Of a stretch of DNA of 64,000 nucleotides, positions 19,016 through 29,670 are shown one piece after another. Origin of the DNA: an uncultured Clostridium sp. Lineage in GTDB: Bacteria > Bacillota_I > Bacilli_A > RF39 > UBA660. Below the pieces are notes generated by a model, which was not told where the DNA came from, searched no databases, and saw nothing but the letters and a program-made list of their open reading frames with translations. A program made the position numbers and the translations under genes. Location: positions 24,833 to 88,832 of the forward strand of contig CABULC010000004.1 of assembly GCA_902492325.1 (NCBI GenBank), in the 5' to 3' direction. Within the stretch, counting starts at the first letter, position 1; the number at the start of each line of letters is the position of its first letter.

Positions 19016-21103
19016 TTATTTCTTTGTCAAATATTTATGATTAGCAGCAATACTCTTTATACCTACTCCATGAGCAAATGCAATAGTTGCAATTCCACCA
19101 CTAATTTTAATAACAACACCTTCACCAAATACTGTGTGAATAACATTATCTCCAGCTTTGATTCCATCACTAGTAGCATTATTATTATACATATTTCCAA
19201 GTGTTCTCTTAGGTCTATCATCTGGTCTTACTGACATATTAGTTTTATTTATTAAATCATCATCTATTTCTTTAATAAATCTACTTTCTACAGTACCACT
19301 AGTTTTACCAAATAAAGTTCTTTGTCTAGCACTTAGTAAATATAGAATACTCTTAGCTCTAGTAATTCCAACGTAACATAGTCTTCTTTCTTCTTCAAGC
19401 TCACTAGCACTTTCAAAACTTCTATTATGTGGGAATATGCCTTCTTCCATACCAAGAATAAATACGACTTTAAATTCAAGTCCTTTTGCTGAATGAAGAG
19501 TCATTAAATTAACAGCATCTTTATTCTCTTTATATTGACCTGCATCACTAACAAGTAATATATTTTCCAAGAATGTTGATAAATCATAAACTCCACTTTC
19601 TTCAAAAGCAACAGCTACAGATTTAAATTCATTTAAGTTTTCTATTTTAGCATCACTTTCAAGTGATTTATCTAGTTCATATTCTGCTCTGATACCACTT
19701 TTAACAAGTGTGTCTTCTATTAATTCAGATAAACTAAGAGTTTTAGCATCTTCTTGTAATTCTAGAATTAATTTCTTAAATTCAAGTTCTTTTCCAGACT
19801 CTATCGCATCAAACATAGATATATTATTTTCACGTGCTTTATTACGAATATTTTCTATAGTTTTAGTACCTATTCCTCTTTTAGGAGTATTAATTACTCT
19901 TTCCAAACTAACTGAATCATTAGAGTTATATACTAAATTTAAGTATGCTATTAAATCCTTAATTTCTTTTCTACTATAGAAGTAATAACTACCAATAATA
20001 TTATATGGAATATTACTTCTTACAAAAGCTTCTTCAATTGTTCTACTTTGAGCATTAGTTCTATAAAGTACAGCAAAATCACTATATTGATATCCTTCAT
20101 CTATCATCTCTTTTATCTTTTTGATAACAAATGAACTTTCTTTAATTTCATCTTCAAGTCTAATATATTCAATTTTTTCTCCATCTCCACTAGATGTCCA
20201 TAGATTCAATTTAGTACCTTCACGATTATTCTTAATTACAGAGTTTGCTGCTTTTAGTATTGTATTAGTACTTCTATAATTTTCTTCTAAAAGAACTACT
20301 TTAGCATCTTTATAATCTTTTTCAAAATTAAGAATATTTTTATAATCAGCATTTCTCCATGAATATATAGATTGATTAGCATCTCCTACTACAAAAATAT
20401 TATGATACTTACTAGCAAGTAACTTACATAGTTCATACTGAATACTGTTAGTATCTTGATATTCATCAACAAGAATATATTTAAATCTTTCTTGATATTT
20501 TTCCAATATATCTTTACGTTTTTTAAATAACTCTACTGGTTTTAATAATAAATCATCAAAATCTACTGAATTATTCTCTTTTAATAGCTTAATATATTTT
20601 TCATATACAAAAGATATTACTTTATCTTCATCTCTTAAAAATAATTTAGAATATTCTAAAGGACTTAATCCATCATTTTTAGCACTACTAATTCTAGATA
20701 TAATATGTTTAATATCATAGTTAGCTGGGTCGTAAGAATTTTCTTTTAATATTCTTTTGATAAGTGCTTTCGTATCATCTGTATCAAGTATTGTTATATT
20801 AGATGTATATCCTATATCACTATAATTTTCTCTAAGTATTCTAAGACCAAATGAATGGAAAGTTCCAATAAATATAGAATCAGCTATTGTATCTATTTTA
20901 GCTTCTACTCTTTCTCTCATTTCTTTAGCTGCTTTATTAGTAAAAGTTATTGCAAGTATATTATATGGACTTACTCCTTCGTCTATTAATTTTATTATTC
21001 TTTCAGTTAATACTCTTGTTTTACCACTACCTGCTCCTGCAAGAACTAAACAAGGCCCTTCTTTATGATTAACTGCTTCCATTTGTTTATTATTTAACAT
21101 CAT
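19016..21103 (-). CDS. pcrA: ATP-dependent DNA helicase PcrA/UvrD
   Basis: AGAGSGKTRVLTERI, the DEYQDTN Walker B motif, and the UvrD/Rep motifs throughout. Confidence 0.9.
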   Translation of the reverse strand: MMLNNKQMEAVNHKEGPCLVLAGAGSGKTRVLTERIIKLIDEGVSPYNILAITFTNKAAKEMRERVEAKIDTIADSIFIGTFHSFGLRILRENYSDIGYTSNITILDTDDTKALIKRILKENSYDPANYDIKHIISRISSAKNDGLSPLEYSKLFLRDEDKVISFVYEKYIKLLKENNSVDFDDLLLKPVELFKKRKDILEKYQERFKYILVDEYQDTNSIQYELCKLLASKYHNIFVVGDANQSIYSWRNADYKNILNFEKDYKDAKVVLLEENYRSTNTILKAANSVIKNNREGTKLNLWTSSGDGEKIEYIRLEDEIKESSFVIKKIKEMIDEGYQYSDFAVLYRTNAQSRTIEEAFVRSNIPYNIIGSYYFYSRKEIKDLIAYLNLVYNSNDSVSLERVINTPKRGIGTKTIENIRNKARENNISMFDAIESGKELEFKKLILELQEDAKTLSLSELIEDTLVKSGIRAEYELDKSLESDAKIENLNEFKSVAVAFEESGVYDLSTFLENILLVSDAGQYKENKDAVNLMTLHSAKGLEFKVVFILGMEEGIFPHNRSFESASELEEERRLCYVGITRAKSILYLLSARQRTLFGKTSGTVESRFIKEIDDDLINKTNMSVRPDDRPKRTLGNMYNNNATSDGIKAGDNVIHTVFGEGVVIKISGGIATIAFAHGVGIKSIAANHKYLTKK

Positions 21104-21147
21104 ATTTATTACCTCTTAATCATTATAACATTATCGCCTGTTTAAGA

Positions 21148-21188
21148 AAAGCAAACAAATAAAAAAACAAAAGTAAATTTACTTTTGT
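21148..21188 (-). terminator. Rho-independent terminator after the giant surface protein gene
   Basis: Palindrome caaaagtaaa/tttacttttg, followed by UUUUUUUAUUUGUUUG on the minus transcript. Confidence 0.6.
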
Positions 21189-21189
21189 T

Positions 21190-24100
21190 TTAATTAGCTA
21201 CTAAATAATTACTATAAGCTTTAAAGTATGTATTAGATCTATAATTACTTATATAGTCAGTAGGAACATACATTTGTAATTGATATGAAGTATCAAATGT
21301 ATCAAATCCAGTCAACTTAGGTACATCTGTATAAAAGTAATAAGCTGATAAATTTGTACATCCATTAAATGCATAAGCACCAATACTTTCAAGTATATTA
21401 TTCATATATATAGTATTTATATTAGTTTGATTAGCAAATGCTCTATAACCAATTGTTTTAACAGTAGATGGTACTGTAAAAGTAATAGCTGTTTTTCCAT
21501 TTGGATATCTAATTAATGAACTAGCATCTTTATTATAAAGAACTCCTGAAGTACTTGAAAATGTTGCATTGTTAGCATCAACATTTATATTACTAATATT
21601 AGAGTTTCCATCTAAGAATCCCCCCGGAATATCATCTAAATATCTTGGAAGTTTTAATGTTGTTACATATCTATTTCCATCAAATGCATCAGCTGTAATA
21701 CTAGTAACATTATAACTTCTACCATTAACATCTAATGTATCAGGAATAGTTACAGAAGCTGAACTTCCTGTATAAGATGTTATCTTAATTTCATTGTTAT
21801 TATTAAGTATATATAAGAAATCAGATGAATATTGGGCGCTCGAATAATTATGATAACTCCAAGGTGTAGCATTTCTAAAGTCACTTAGTACACTAGATGG
21901 TACAGAATAAGTAAAGTGTGAATTATACCATAAACCTAAGAATCCTCTTTCATATCCTGGAAGTGCATTAGACGCAGTATTTGGAACACTATTTACTTGC
22001 ATACTTAATGTAGTTGTTGGTCCACCTTGATATGGGTTATATAAAGCATAATCATTAATATTTGTTGTACCAGTACCAAATTGAATATATGAAATAGAGC
22101 CACAACTATAAAGACAATAATCATCAGCTACCACTACACTATTAAATATTGCATTAGTTAATTTTTCACAATCAGCAAATGAATATTTACCAAGTCTTGT
22201 TATTTGGTTTCCAGTTACTCTTGTAACATCTGTTTGATAGAATGCATAATCATCAATAAGAACTACACTATTAGGAAGATTAACTACCCATGTTTGACCA
22301 GTAACAACCTCTACTCCATAATAAGCATAAGTACCAATTGATACAACATCATGTGTTATACCACCAGCAGTAATCTCATTTGGAATTTCAAATGATGAAG
22401 TAACATCAGGTCCATGATATTCAATAATTTCCCAACCAGTTACATCAGCATTCATCATATTTTTAAGTGTTACTTCACGTACACTATATTCTCCAATATC
22501 ATATGGAAGTGTACCAAATTTATAACTACCAATTATATATCCAGTTGGATAAATATAATCTTTAACATTAGATGGGAATGTATTCTTATATGCTTCTTGA
22601 TAAGTTACATTTGAAGTACCTATCTTACCATCTGGAACATATATTCTAAATCTCTTTCCAATTGTAGTACCTACATTATAGAATGCATTACTTCCTACAC
22701 CAATTTTCATACCACTTGCTTGTGTATCAGCATTAGTAGAAGTAAAGAACATTTGCTCCATTCCAGTACATCCATAGAAAGCACCTTCACCAATACTTGT
22801 AACAGGTCCGGCATTAACATAGTTAAGAGTTATATTATTAGCATAAGCATAATTACCAAGTTCTACAAGTTTAGGAGTTGTTGCTTTATAAAGTTTATTA
22901 TTAAATAATGCGTACTCACCAATGTAATCAACATTTGAAAGATTAAGTTCACGAACACCTTGTAAATTATAGAATGCATAGTTTCCAATATATCTTAAAT
23001 TTGTATTAACTATATCAAATGTACTACCAGAACTCATTGTTACCCATCTAAATGCTCTCTCACCTACACCAATTACTTCATAACTTTGACCATCAATAGC
23101 TAATGTAGTTGGTAACATATAAGTAGCATTTAAGTCAGCACCATGATATTCAACAATTTCTAATCCTTTAACACTTTGATTATCTTTTGTTATATATTCA
23201 CGACTTACAACACTATATTCACCAATATTATATGGAATATTTGTAGAACTATAAGTACCCATTATTGTTCCATAATCATAGAAATAATCTTTATATTCTT
23301 TTCTAAATGAATTAGCATATACATCAGTTAAATAATCAGTTGAAGTTGTAATTGTAGTTGTATAGTAAGTACCAGTTGAACCAGATAAATGACCATATAA
23401 GTTTGTCCAAGTGCTACTATTTGTTGTTCTAACTGTATAACTAAATGTTGTACTTGAACCATTAGTTAACGTACCATTACTAGAAGTATTATTAAATACT
23501 ATTCTAGAACTTGATGCTTCATATAAAGCATTAGTAGCAGTTTGAAGTGTAGTATTTCCAAGAGTAACAGATGTAGTCCATGCTTCTATATCATGTCCAG
23601 AATCATTTCTAACTGTTACAGTACATACATAAGTATATCTTCTACTAGTACCATTACCCCTTTGACTTCTAGAACAACTATCAGTAACATTGATATTTAC
23701 ATTATTTGGAGTTTTAACTTCAGTTGAAGTATTAGAAGAACCAACATAGAATCTAATTCTATTATTAGTAAGTGTTCCAACATCAGTAAATGCATATTGA
23801 TCAAATACTCTAGTTTCACTTCCTGGAGTAAAGAATACTTGTACTAAATTTGGAAGAGCATAAACAGCGTTTGTATCCATTTGATATACAGAACCTAAAT
23901 TAATTTTATAAAGTGTATTCATATTAGCAAGTGCATAAGAACCAATGCTTCTTAAATTAGGTGTTTCTAAATATACAAGGCCACCATTATTAAATGCATA
24001 ACTTCCTATATCAAGTAAACTAGTAGATGTAAATGATTTAATAGCTGTAATTCCTTCGAAACTATGATCTCCTAATTTCATAAGTTTATTATTAACTATA

Positions 24101-27100
24101 TCACTACCACCGCTACCATTAACAGTAGTATGTTTAAATGCATGATCACCTACAGCTATAACATCTTTAGTAACTCCTTTTATTGTATACGTAAGTGGAA
24201 TATTAAATGTATTAGATATATCTGCTCCATGATATTCAATAATTTCCCAACCATTAACATCTTGATTATTTCTATCTTTTATAGTTGTCTCTCTTACACT
24301 ATACTCACCAATATCATATGGAATTGGTGTATTGATAAATGAACCAACTATATATCCAGTTGGATAAATATAATCTTGATAATTACTAAATAATGCTTTA
24401 TAGAAATCAACTTTTCCTTCAGGTACATATATTCTAAGTCTATTATTAGCATTAGTACCAATATTATTCATCGCTGTACTATGAACTGACATGTTATCAG
24501 TATTAGTAGTACCTATAAATATTTGTTCTAAGTTAGGGTTATTACTAATAGCATTCTCTCCCATTACTTGAATATTACCAAGGTTAACACTATATAAAGT
24601 ATCCATATCCGACATAGCATATTTACCCATAGAATTTAAATTTGGAAGGTCTACTGTTTGAAGACCAGTATTATATAAACTATAGTCTCCAATAGAAATT
24701 AAACTCTCTGAAGTAAGTGATTTAACTTTAATATTTTCAAGACCATGATTATCTATATTTATTAAATTATTCGCAAGTAAATCAATAGTTTGATTTGATG
24801 ATGAAGCAGTATGTCTATATGCATACTCGCCTACTGAAATTATATTCATTAAAGGACTAGTCGAAGAATATACACTCAAGATACCAATACTTAAACTTTG
24901 AGAAGACATATCATAATAGAATGACAATTGTTTACTTTCTCCAGGAGCAATAGTTCCATTATAATCTTTACTTGTTAAGATTAATAAGTTACCATTTACA
25001 CTTTCATTAGCTCCAGTATAAGTAGAACCCCATGTAACACCCGTTGGAAGATTTATTCTAACAGTCCAATCATTTATAGTAGCTGTTGTATTATTTGTAA
25101 TTGTTAAGTTACCACCAAATCTGTATCCACTACCATTTTGCCATGAGTTACCAGTTATAGATGCAGATAATCCTTCGTCAGATACTATAACATCTGGTAT
25201 TTGATAACTACTAGTTAAATCAGCTCCATGATATTCAATAATTTCATAAGCAGTTACATCTTCGCCCTGAGCATTCTTTTTAGTAACACCACGTACACTA
25301 TATTCACCCCAATCATATGGAATAGCTACGTGTTTATAACTACCAATTATTGTTCCTTTAGGATATACAAATGATTCATTAGCAGCAAATATCTTCTTAT
25401 ACCCTTGTAAATAATCAAATCCTTCAGCATCTGTTCCTGATGGAACATACACTCTAAGTCTACCATCTAAGTACATTCCCCAATTTGTAAATACAGCATC
25501 TTCACCAACAGTTAAATCAATACTTTTACCATTATTTACAACCTTAGTAGAAATATTACTAAACCAAACTCTACCAAGTTGAGGACAATTATAAAATGCT
25601 TTATCACCTATTACTTTAACAGTTCCAAGGTCCATCTCATAAAGAGTTGTACTATTCATAAACGCATATGACATTATTTCATCAACATTAGGAAGACTAA
25701 TATAAGTTATTGGATTTTGATAGAAACCATAAGAACCAATATATTCAAGTTTATTAGAAACAAGTGTAGTTAACTTTGTATCATAAAATGCATATGAATT
25801 TATTTTACTAACTTCACCTAAATTTATTTCAGTTATATTATCTTTATAGAATGCATATGAATCAATTAATGACACAGTATTTGGAATAGTTATCTTAGTA
25901 CCAGTAGCAGCTGTATTTAAATTCCTATATGAATTATATCCAAGTGCAGTAACAGGTTTAGTAACAGATGATTTAGTTATATTATTTGGAATAGTAATAC
26001 TAGAACCAACTGATACACTATTTATAAAGTATGAAATTCCATATCCTTCACCATAATCATAAACAAAATATTGTTTATTATCAGATAATTCTCCGTGATA
26101 ATATACATATGCTTCATTAATATTTTTAGTATTTCTAAATGTTTCAATTGCTCCTTGACTTACAAAGAACTTAGTACCATTAGAACTATCATTAAATGTA
26201 TTACTTCCAATAGTTGGAGGAATTTGTCCTCCAAACTTAACATATCTTGCATTAGCAAATGCTCCATCACCTATATTAGTTACAGTAGATGGAATTGATA
26301 AGAATGTAAATGCTCTAGAAGTAGATATACGGCCTAGGTTAACATTAGCAAATGCATTAGAACCAATAGTTGTTAATGTTTTAGGAAGAATTAATGTCTT
26401 AATACTTGTCTTATCTTTTAAAGTATTATTAGCTATTTTATTAATTGTTGTTCCATCGCTAACAGTAGCATTCGCAAGTCCTAAATATTCTATAGAATGC
26501 ATTTCATCACTAGCTATATAAGTAAAATCTTCATTTTCAAAATAAGCACTATTTAATGTATATATTATTAATTTCTTAATATTATAAATATTTTCAGTAG
26601 TAGTTGTAGGATCAATATCATCAAAGTATGCTTTTAATAGCTTTTCTAATGATTCGTTATTATCACGAATATAAACATAATATGAATTTTCTTCACCTTG
26701 AATTGGTATTACAGAATCTTCAGGAGCACCCTGATTGATATCATCTCCAGTAAAGTTATCAGATCCGCCAACTGTAATATTGTTAGATGAAACTCCTCTT
26801 ATAATTAATGTATTACCAGTGTTAGGACCAGTATATGGTGTTGAGTTAGATGGAAGCATAATAGAAGGTCCATTTAATACCCCAAGAATTGTATTTAAGT
26901 TGTATACATATATTTGATATTTAGAGAATGAATCAATAAGTTTCATGTTTTGAAGTTGTATTTGAGTAATAGTACCATTATTAAGAATCTCAATGTTAGT
27001 TGAACCATCTGCTCCTATTACATAACCTACTTCTACATTAGGTGCAATAGTTAAACGAGTATTTGATTCAACAATTATATCAACAGGTATATTACCTACT

Positions 27101-28530
27101 TTATTTTTAACAATTCTAACAGCTTCTAATAAAACACCATCTTCCTCTTCATTTTGAATACCATTAACAGTAAATTCTTTACCAACAAATATATCATAAT
27201 CTTGATTTAAACCAACAATATGTATTTGACTCTTTGGAGTATTTATATATAAATTTCCATCAACATCTATTTTTCCACCAGAGGAAGTATCAATGTTAAG
27301 TTTACCCATCTCAACGAAATCATAAACTAAGTCTCCAGTAAAATGTAAGTTGTATCCAGCAGTATCTAAATGTACTCTACGTTGAAAATCAACACTACCA
27401 TCAATCTTAATATCATCAGCAAGCTTAATTGTATCTCCACTAAGAGCATTAAGTGCAGCATCTCTAAATTGACTTTCATTTTCTACTAACCAAATTTGTC
27501 CTTCATTAGCAAGGCTAACATCTATTCCTCTTTGAGTACAATACACGTTCGCATGAACACTTACTGAAGCTCCACTATATAATGACGAATTAACATTTTG
27601 ATACATACCATAATCTATTCTAAAGTATCTATAATTATTTTCATCATCATCTTTATCTTTATCTATTTCACCTTTAATAATTATTTGAGGTATTGTAGTT
27701 AAATTTGATACTGGGTTTAATGCATCAGTTTCAAGATTATCAGGTGTTGGATTTGAAGCAGCATATGCTTTTAACTTAGTATCATTAGTAGCAGTAACTG
27801 TACTTGAAAGTACTTCATCAGTAATATCTATAACTCTATAATATAGTACTCCTGCATTAGACATTGTTCCATCTAACGTAAATGATAAGTTATAATCTAT
27901 ATTTAATGAACCAGTATTTTTAATCTCAATATATCTTGTATTCTTAAATGTATTACTTAAATCTGTTTCACGTACTACAGTAACGGTGTCACCTTCAGTA
28001 CCAATTAAAACACCAGATTTATCATATTGATTAACTATATGTTCTACAGTACCTAATTTAATTTCAGTACCTTTACTAACATATTCATTATAAAACCAAC
28101 TATAAGCATCATATATTAAGAAAACACTAAGTATGACAAGTACAAATGATTTAGCCATAATTCTAGGAGTCATATATTTAGAATATTCACTTCTGTAACC
28201 GTCTATTCTCTCTTTATTTTTAGTTTTAGCTAAACTCAAGTACTCTTTAAATTCACTATAATATTCTTTTGCATATCTCTTAAACTTTTTACAATATAGT
28301 ACTATATAAAGTCTAATCTTTTTTAAGAATCTTAAATTATAAATTGAATCAATAAATCTATATAGATAAACAGATACTACTATTACACCAAGTATTTCAT
28401 AATAGTAAAACTTTCTTAATTTCTTTCTAATTTTTTTATAACATCTTTTAAATCTTTTTTTAGCAACATGAAAGAAATCAATTAAATAATTGATTAATGC
28501 ATTATAAATTTTATTAATGCTTTCTTTCAT
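21190..28530 (-). CDS. Giant (2446 aa) surface protein. It has a Lys/Arg-rich N-terminal region, a TM or signal segment ending in a SipW-type AYSWF motif, multiple BspA-type leucine-rich repeat blocks and four ~230-aa internal modules.
   Basis: A strong RBS aaggagtagatATG sits at the first ATG. AKSFVLVILSVFLIYDAYSWFYNE resembles SipW-cognate signals. LRR_5-like stretches include IGSNAFANV... and IGDKAFYNCPQL... The module IPY(D/N)(W/I)GEYSV...EI(I/V)EYHG(A/P)D recurs four times. There is no LPXTG motif. Confidence 0.7.
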   Translation of the reverse strand: MKESINKIYNALINYLIDFFHVAKKRFKRCYKKIRKKLRKFYYYEILGVIVVSVYLYRFIDSIYNLRFLKKIRLYIVLYCKKFKRYAKEYYSEFKEYLSLAKTKNKERIDGYRSEYSKYMTPRIMAKSFVLVILSVFLIYDAYSWFYNEYVSKGTEIKLGTVEHIVNQYDKSGVLIGTEGDTVTVVRETDLSNTFKNTRYIEIKNTGSLNIDYNLSFTLDGTMSNAGVLYYRVIDITDEVLSSTVTATNDTKLKAYAASNPTPDNLETDALNPVSNLTTIPQIIIKGEIDKDKDDDENNYRYFRIDYGMYQNVNSSLYSGASVSVHANVYCTQRGIDVSLANEGQIWLVENESQFRDAALNALSGDTIKLADDIKIDGSVDFQRRVHLDTAGYNLHFTGDLVYDFVEMGKLNIDTSSGGKIDVDGNLYINTPKSQIHIVGLNQDYDIFVGKEFTVNGIQNEEEDGVLLEAVRIVKNKVGNIPVDIIVESNTRLTIAPNVEVGYVIGADGSTNIEILNNGTITQIQLQNMKLIDSFSKYQIYVYNLNTILGVLNGPSIMLPSNSTPYTGPNTGNTLIIRGVSSNNITVGGSDNFTGDDINQGAPEDSVIPIQGEENSYYVYIRDNNESLEKLLKAYFDDIDPTTTTENIYNIKKLIIYTLNSAYFENEDFTYIASDEMHSIEYLGLANATVSDGTTINKIANNTLKDKTSIKTLILPKTLTTIGSNAFANVNLGRISTSRAFTFLSIPSTVTNIGDGAFANARYVKFGGQIPPTIGSNTFNDSSNGTKFFVSQGAIETFRNTKNINEAYVYYHGELSDNKQYFVYDYGEGYGISYFINSVSVGSSITIPNNITKSSVTKPVTALGYNSYRNLNTAATGTKITIPNTVSLIDSYAFYKDNITEINLGEVSKINSYAFYDTKLTTLVSNKLEYIGSYGFYQNPITYISLPNVDEIMSYAFMNSTTLYEMDLGTVKVIGDKAFYNCPQLGRVWFSNISTKVVNNGKSIDLTVGEDAVFTNWGMYLDGRLRVYVPSGTDAEGFDYLQGYKKIFAANESFVYPKGTIIGSYKHVAIPYDWGEYSVRGVTKKNAQGEDVTAYEIIEYHGADLTSSYQIPDVIVSDEGLSASITGNSWQNGSGYRFGGNLTITNNTTATINDWTVRINLPTGVTWGSTYTGANESVNGNLLILTSKDYNGTIAPGESKQLSFYYDMSSQSLSIGILSVYSSTSPLMNIISVGEYAYRHTASSSNQTIDLLANNLINIDNHGLENIKVKSLTSESLISIGDYSLYNTGLQTVDLPNLNSMGKYAMSDMDTLYSVNLGNIQVMGENAISNNPNLEQIFIGTTNTDNMSVHSTAMNNIGTNANNRLRIYVPEGKVDFYKALFSNYQDYIYPTGYIVGSFINTPIPYDIGEYSVRETTIKDRNNQDVNGWEIIEYHGADISNTFNIPLTYTIKGVTKDVIAVGDHAFKHTTVNGSGGSDIVNNKLMKLGDHSFEGITAIKSFTSTSLLDIGSYAFNNGGLVYLETPNLRSIGSYALANMNTLYKINLGSVYQMDTNAVYALPNLVQVFFTPGSETRVFDQYAFTDVGTLTNNRIRFYVGSSNTSTEVKTPNNVNINVTDSCSRSQRGNGTSRRYTYVCTVTVRNDSGHDIEAWTTSVTLGNTTLQTATNALYEASSSRIVFNNTSSNGTLTNGSSTTFSYTVRTTNSSTWTNLYGHLSGSTGTYYTTTITTSTDYLTDVYANSFRKEYKDYFYDYGTIMGTYSSTNIPYNIGEYSVVSREYITKDNQSVKGLEIVEYHGADLNATYMLPTTLAIDGQSYEVIGVGERAFRWVTMSSGSTFDIVNTNLRYIGNYAFYNLQGVRELNLSNVDYIGEYALFNNKLYKATTPKLVELGNYAYANNITLNYVNAGPVTSIGEGAFYGCTGMEQMFFTSTNADTQASGMKIGVGSNAFYNVGTTIGKRFRIYVPDGKIGTSNVTYQEAYKNTFPSNVKDYIYPTGYIIGSYKFGTLPYDIGEYSVREVTLKNMMNADVTGWEIIEYHGPDVTSSFEIPNEITAGGITHDVVSIGTYAYYGVEVVTGQTWVVNLPNSVVLIDDYAFYQTDVTRVTGNQITRLGKYSFADCEKLTNAIFNSVVVADDYCLYSCGSISYIQFGTGTTNINDYALYNPYQGGPTTTLSMQVNSVPNTASNALPGYERGFLGLWYNSHFTYSVPSSVLSDFRNATPWSYHNYSSAQYSSDFLYILNNNNEIKITSYTGSSASVTIPDTLDVNGRSYNVTSITADAFDGNRYVTTLKLPRYLDDIPGGFLDGNSNISNINVDANNATFSSTSGVLYNKDASSLIRYPNGKTAITFTVPSTVKTIGYRAFANQTNINTIYMNNILESIGAYAFNGCTNLSAYYFYTDVPKLTGFDTFDTSYQLQMYVPTDYISNYRSNTYFKAYSNYLVAN
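22000..26200 (-). repeat. Four diverged ~0.7-1.1 kb intragenic repeat modules within the giant gene (approximate bounds)
   Basis: Recurring protein module ...IPYD.GEYSVR..T.K......V.G.EIIEYHGAD..... flanked by LRR blocks. Confidence 0.45.
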
Positions 28531-28539
28531 ATCTACTCC

Positions 28540-29082
28540 TTATTGATTTTTTATTTTTTTAACATCCTTTACTATATCTTTTATTTCAAAGAAATATATA
28601 AGTCCTAAAGGTATAATTATTATAAGTATAAATCCTAATTTAGTATCCATTATTCTTTCTATAATACTAAATAAGAAAAATTTATATATGTATTTTCCAA
28701 GCATTTGTTCTTCATAAACCGCTGGGTCATTTGACACATTTTTAATACCTTTAGTATAAAATATTCTTCTATTGTTTTCTTTTGAAATTCCAACTATTTC
28801 GTGAGTAACTATTTTACCTTTTAAGTCTCCATCCATTCCTCTAAAAGTAACTATATCTCCAACTTTATAGTCAGATATTTTTTGTTTTTTTATAAGTATT
28901 ACATCACCTTTTTTTAGTTTAGGATACATACTATTAGTTATTATTGAGTAAGTTCTAAATCCAAAAACACTTGGATTATTTGGCACTACTTTTTGATAAG
29001 CAGTTGCTATTACAAATAGTACAAGTAAGATAAGTAATATTATTTTAATAACATCTAATATTTTAAGTAATACTTTTTTCAT
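28540..29082 (-). CDS. sipW: Signal peptidase I, archaeal/ER-type (SipW-like), paralog 1
   Basis: N-terminal TM, box B TNSMYPKLKKGDVILI, box D IVTHEIVGI. Confidence 0.75.
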   Translation of the reverse strand: MKKVLLKILDVIKIILLILLVLFVIATAYQKVVPNNPSVFGFRTYSIITNSMYPKLKKGDVILIKKQKISDYKVGDIVTFRGMDGDLKGKIVTHEIVGISKENNRRIFYTKGIKNVSNDPAVYEEQMLGKYIYKFFLFSIIERIMDTKLGFILIIIIPLGLIYFFEIKDIVKDVKKIKNQ

Positions 29083-29093
29083 ATATATCCTTT

Positions 29094-29669
29094 CTATGGT
29101 TTAATAAACATTATTTTGTTAACTTTTAGTGATGTTCCCTGTAATGCATTTGGAGCATCTATATCTATTTCTAAATTCCAATAATAATTTAATGTTGAGT
29201 TCGCAGGAATTGTAACACTTTTAGCAAAATCGAAGAAATATCTATCATCCTCTTCATTATGTTCAAGTCTATCATTAAGCATAAATGAGAATGTTTCAGG
29301 GTTAGTAGCACTTATTTTTAAATAATTCTTCATAAAATTTATATTACCTGTTATTTCAGTAAATACAATCTTAACTTTAGCAGCTACCTTATTTTTATTA
29401 GTTAATTCAAACCTATATCTTTGTATTTTTCCTGGATACATTTCATCAAGAGTAATAAGTGCATCAGCACTTTGTTGTCCTTGAAGAACATAAGTATTAT
29501 TAACAAGAGCATAAAGTTTAACATCTATATCACTATCAGTTATATAAAAGTCACGATTATATTCAATGTTTTCGCCTAAAGATGGTTCTGTTTGCATCCA
29601 TCCATAAGCTATTCCTATTAATAAAGCAATTATTAGAATATTTAATATTATTGATATATTCTTTTTCAT
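29094..29669 (-). CDS. TasA/camelysin-like SipW-dependent secreted protein (small paralog, family 1)
   Basis: Likely ATG start at MKKNISII (RBS GGGGG); the track's upstream start is a TTG. Signal ends IAYGWMQTE. C-terminal motif is shared with the neighbouring paralogs. Confidence 0.5.
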   Translation of the reverse strand: MKKNISIILNILIIALLIGIAYGWMQTEPSLGENIEYNRDFYITDSDIDVKLYALVNNTYVLQGQQSADALITLDEMYPGKIQRYRFELTNKNKVAAKVKIVFTEITGNINFMKNYLKISATNPETFSFMLNDRLEHNEEDDRYFFDFAKSVTIPANSTLNYYWNLEIDIDAPNALQGTSLKVNKIMFIKP

Positions 29670-29670
29670 A

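Noticed and set aside
21190-28530. Giant protein as a sortase (LPXTG) substrate of the nearby sortase B
   Set aside because: The C-terminus (YFKAYSNYLVAN) has no sorting motif, TM or basic tail. Anchoring or release must be via the N-terminal segment.
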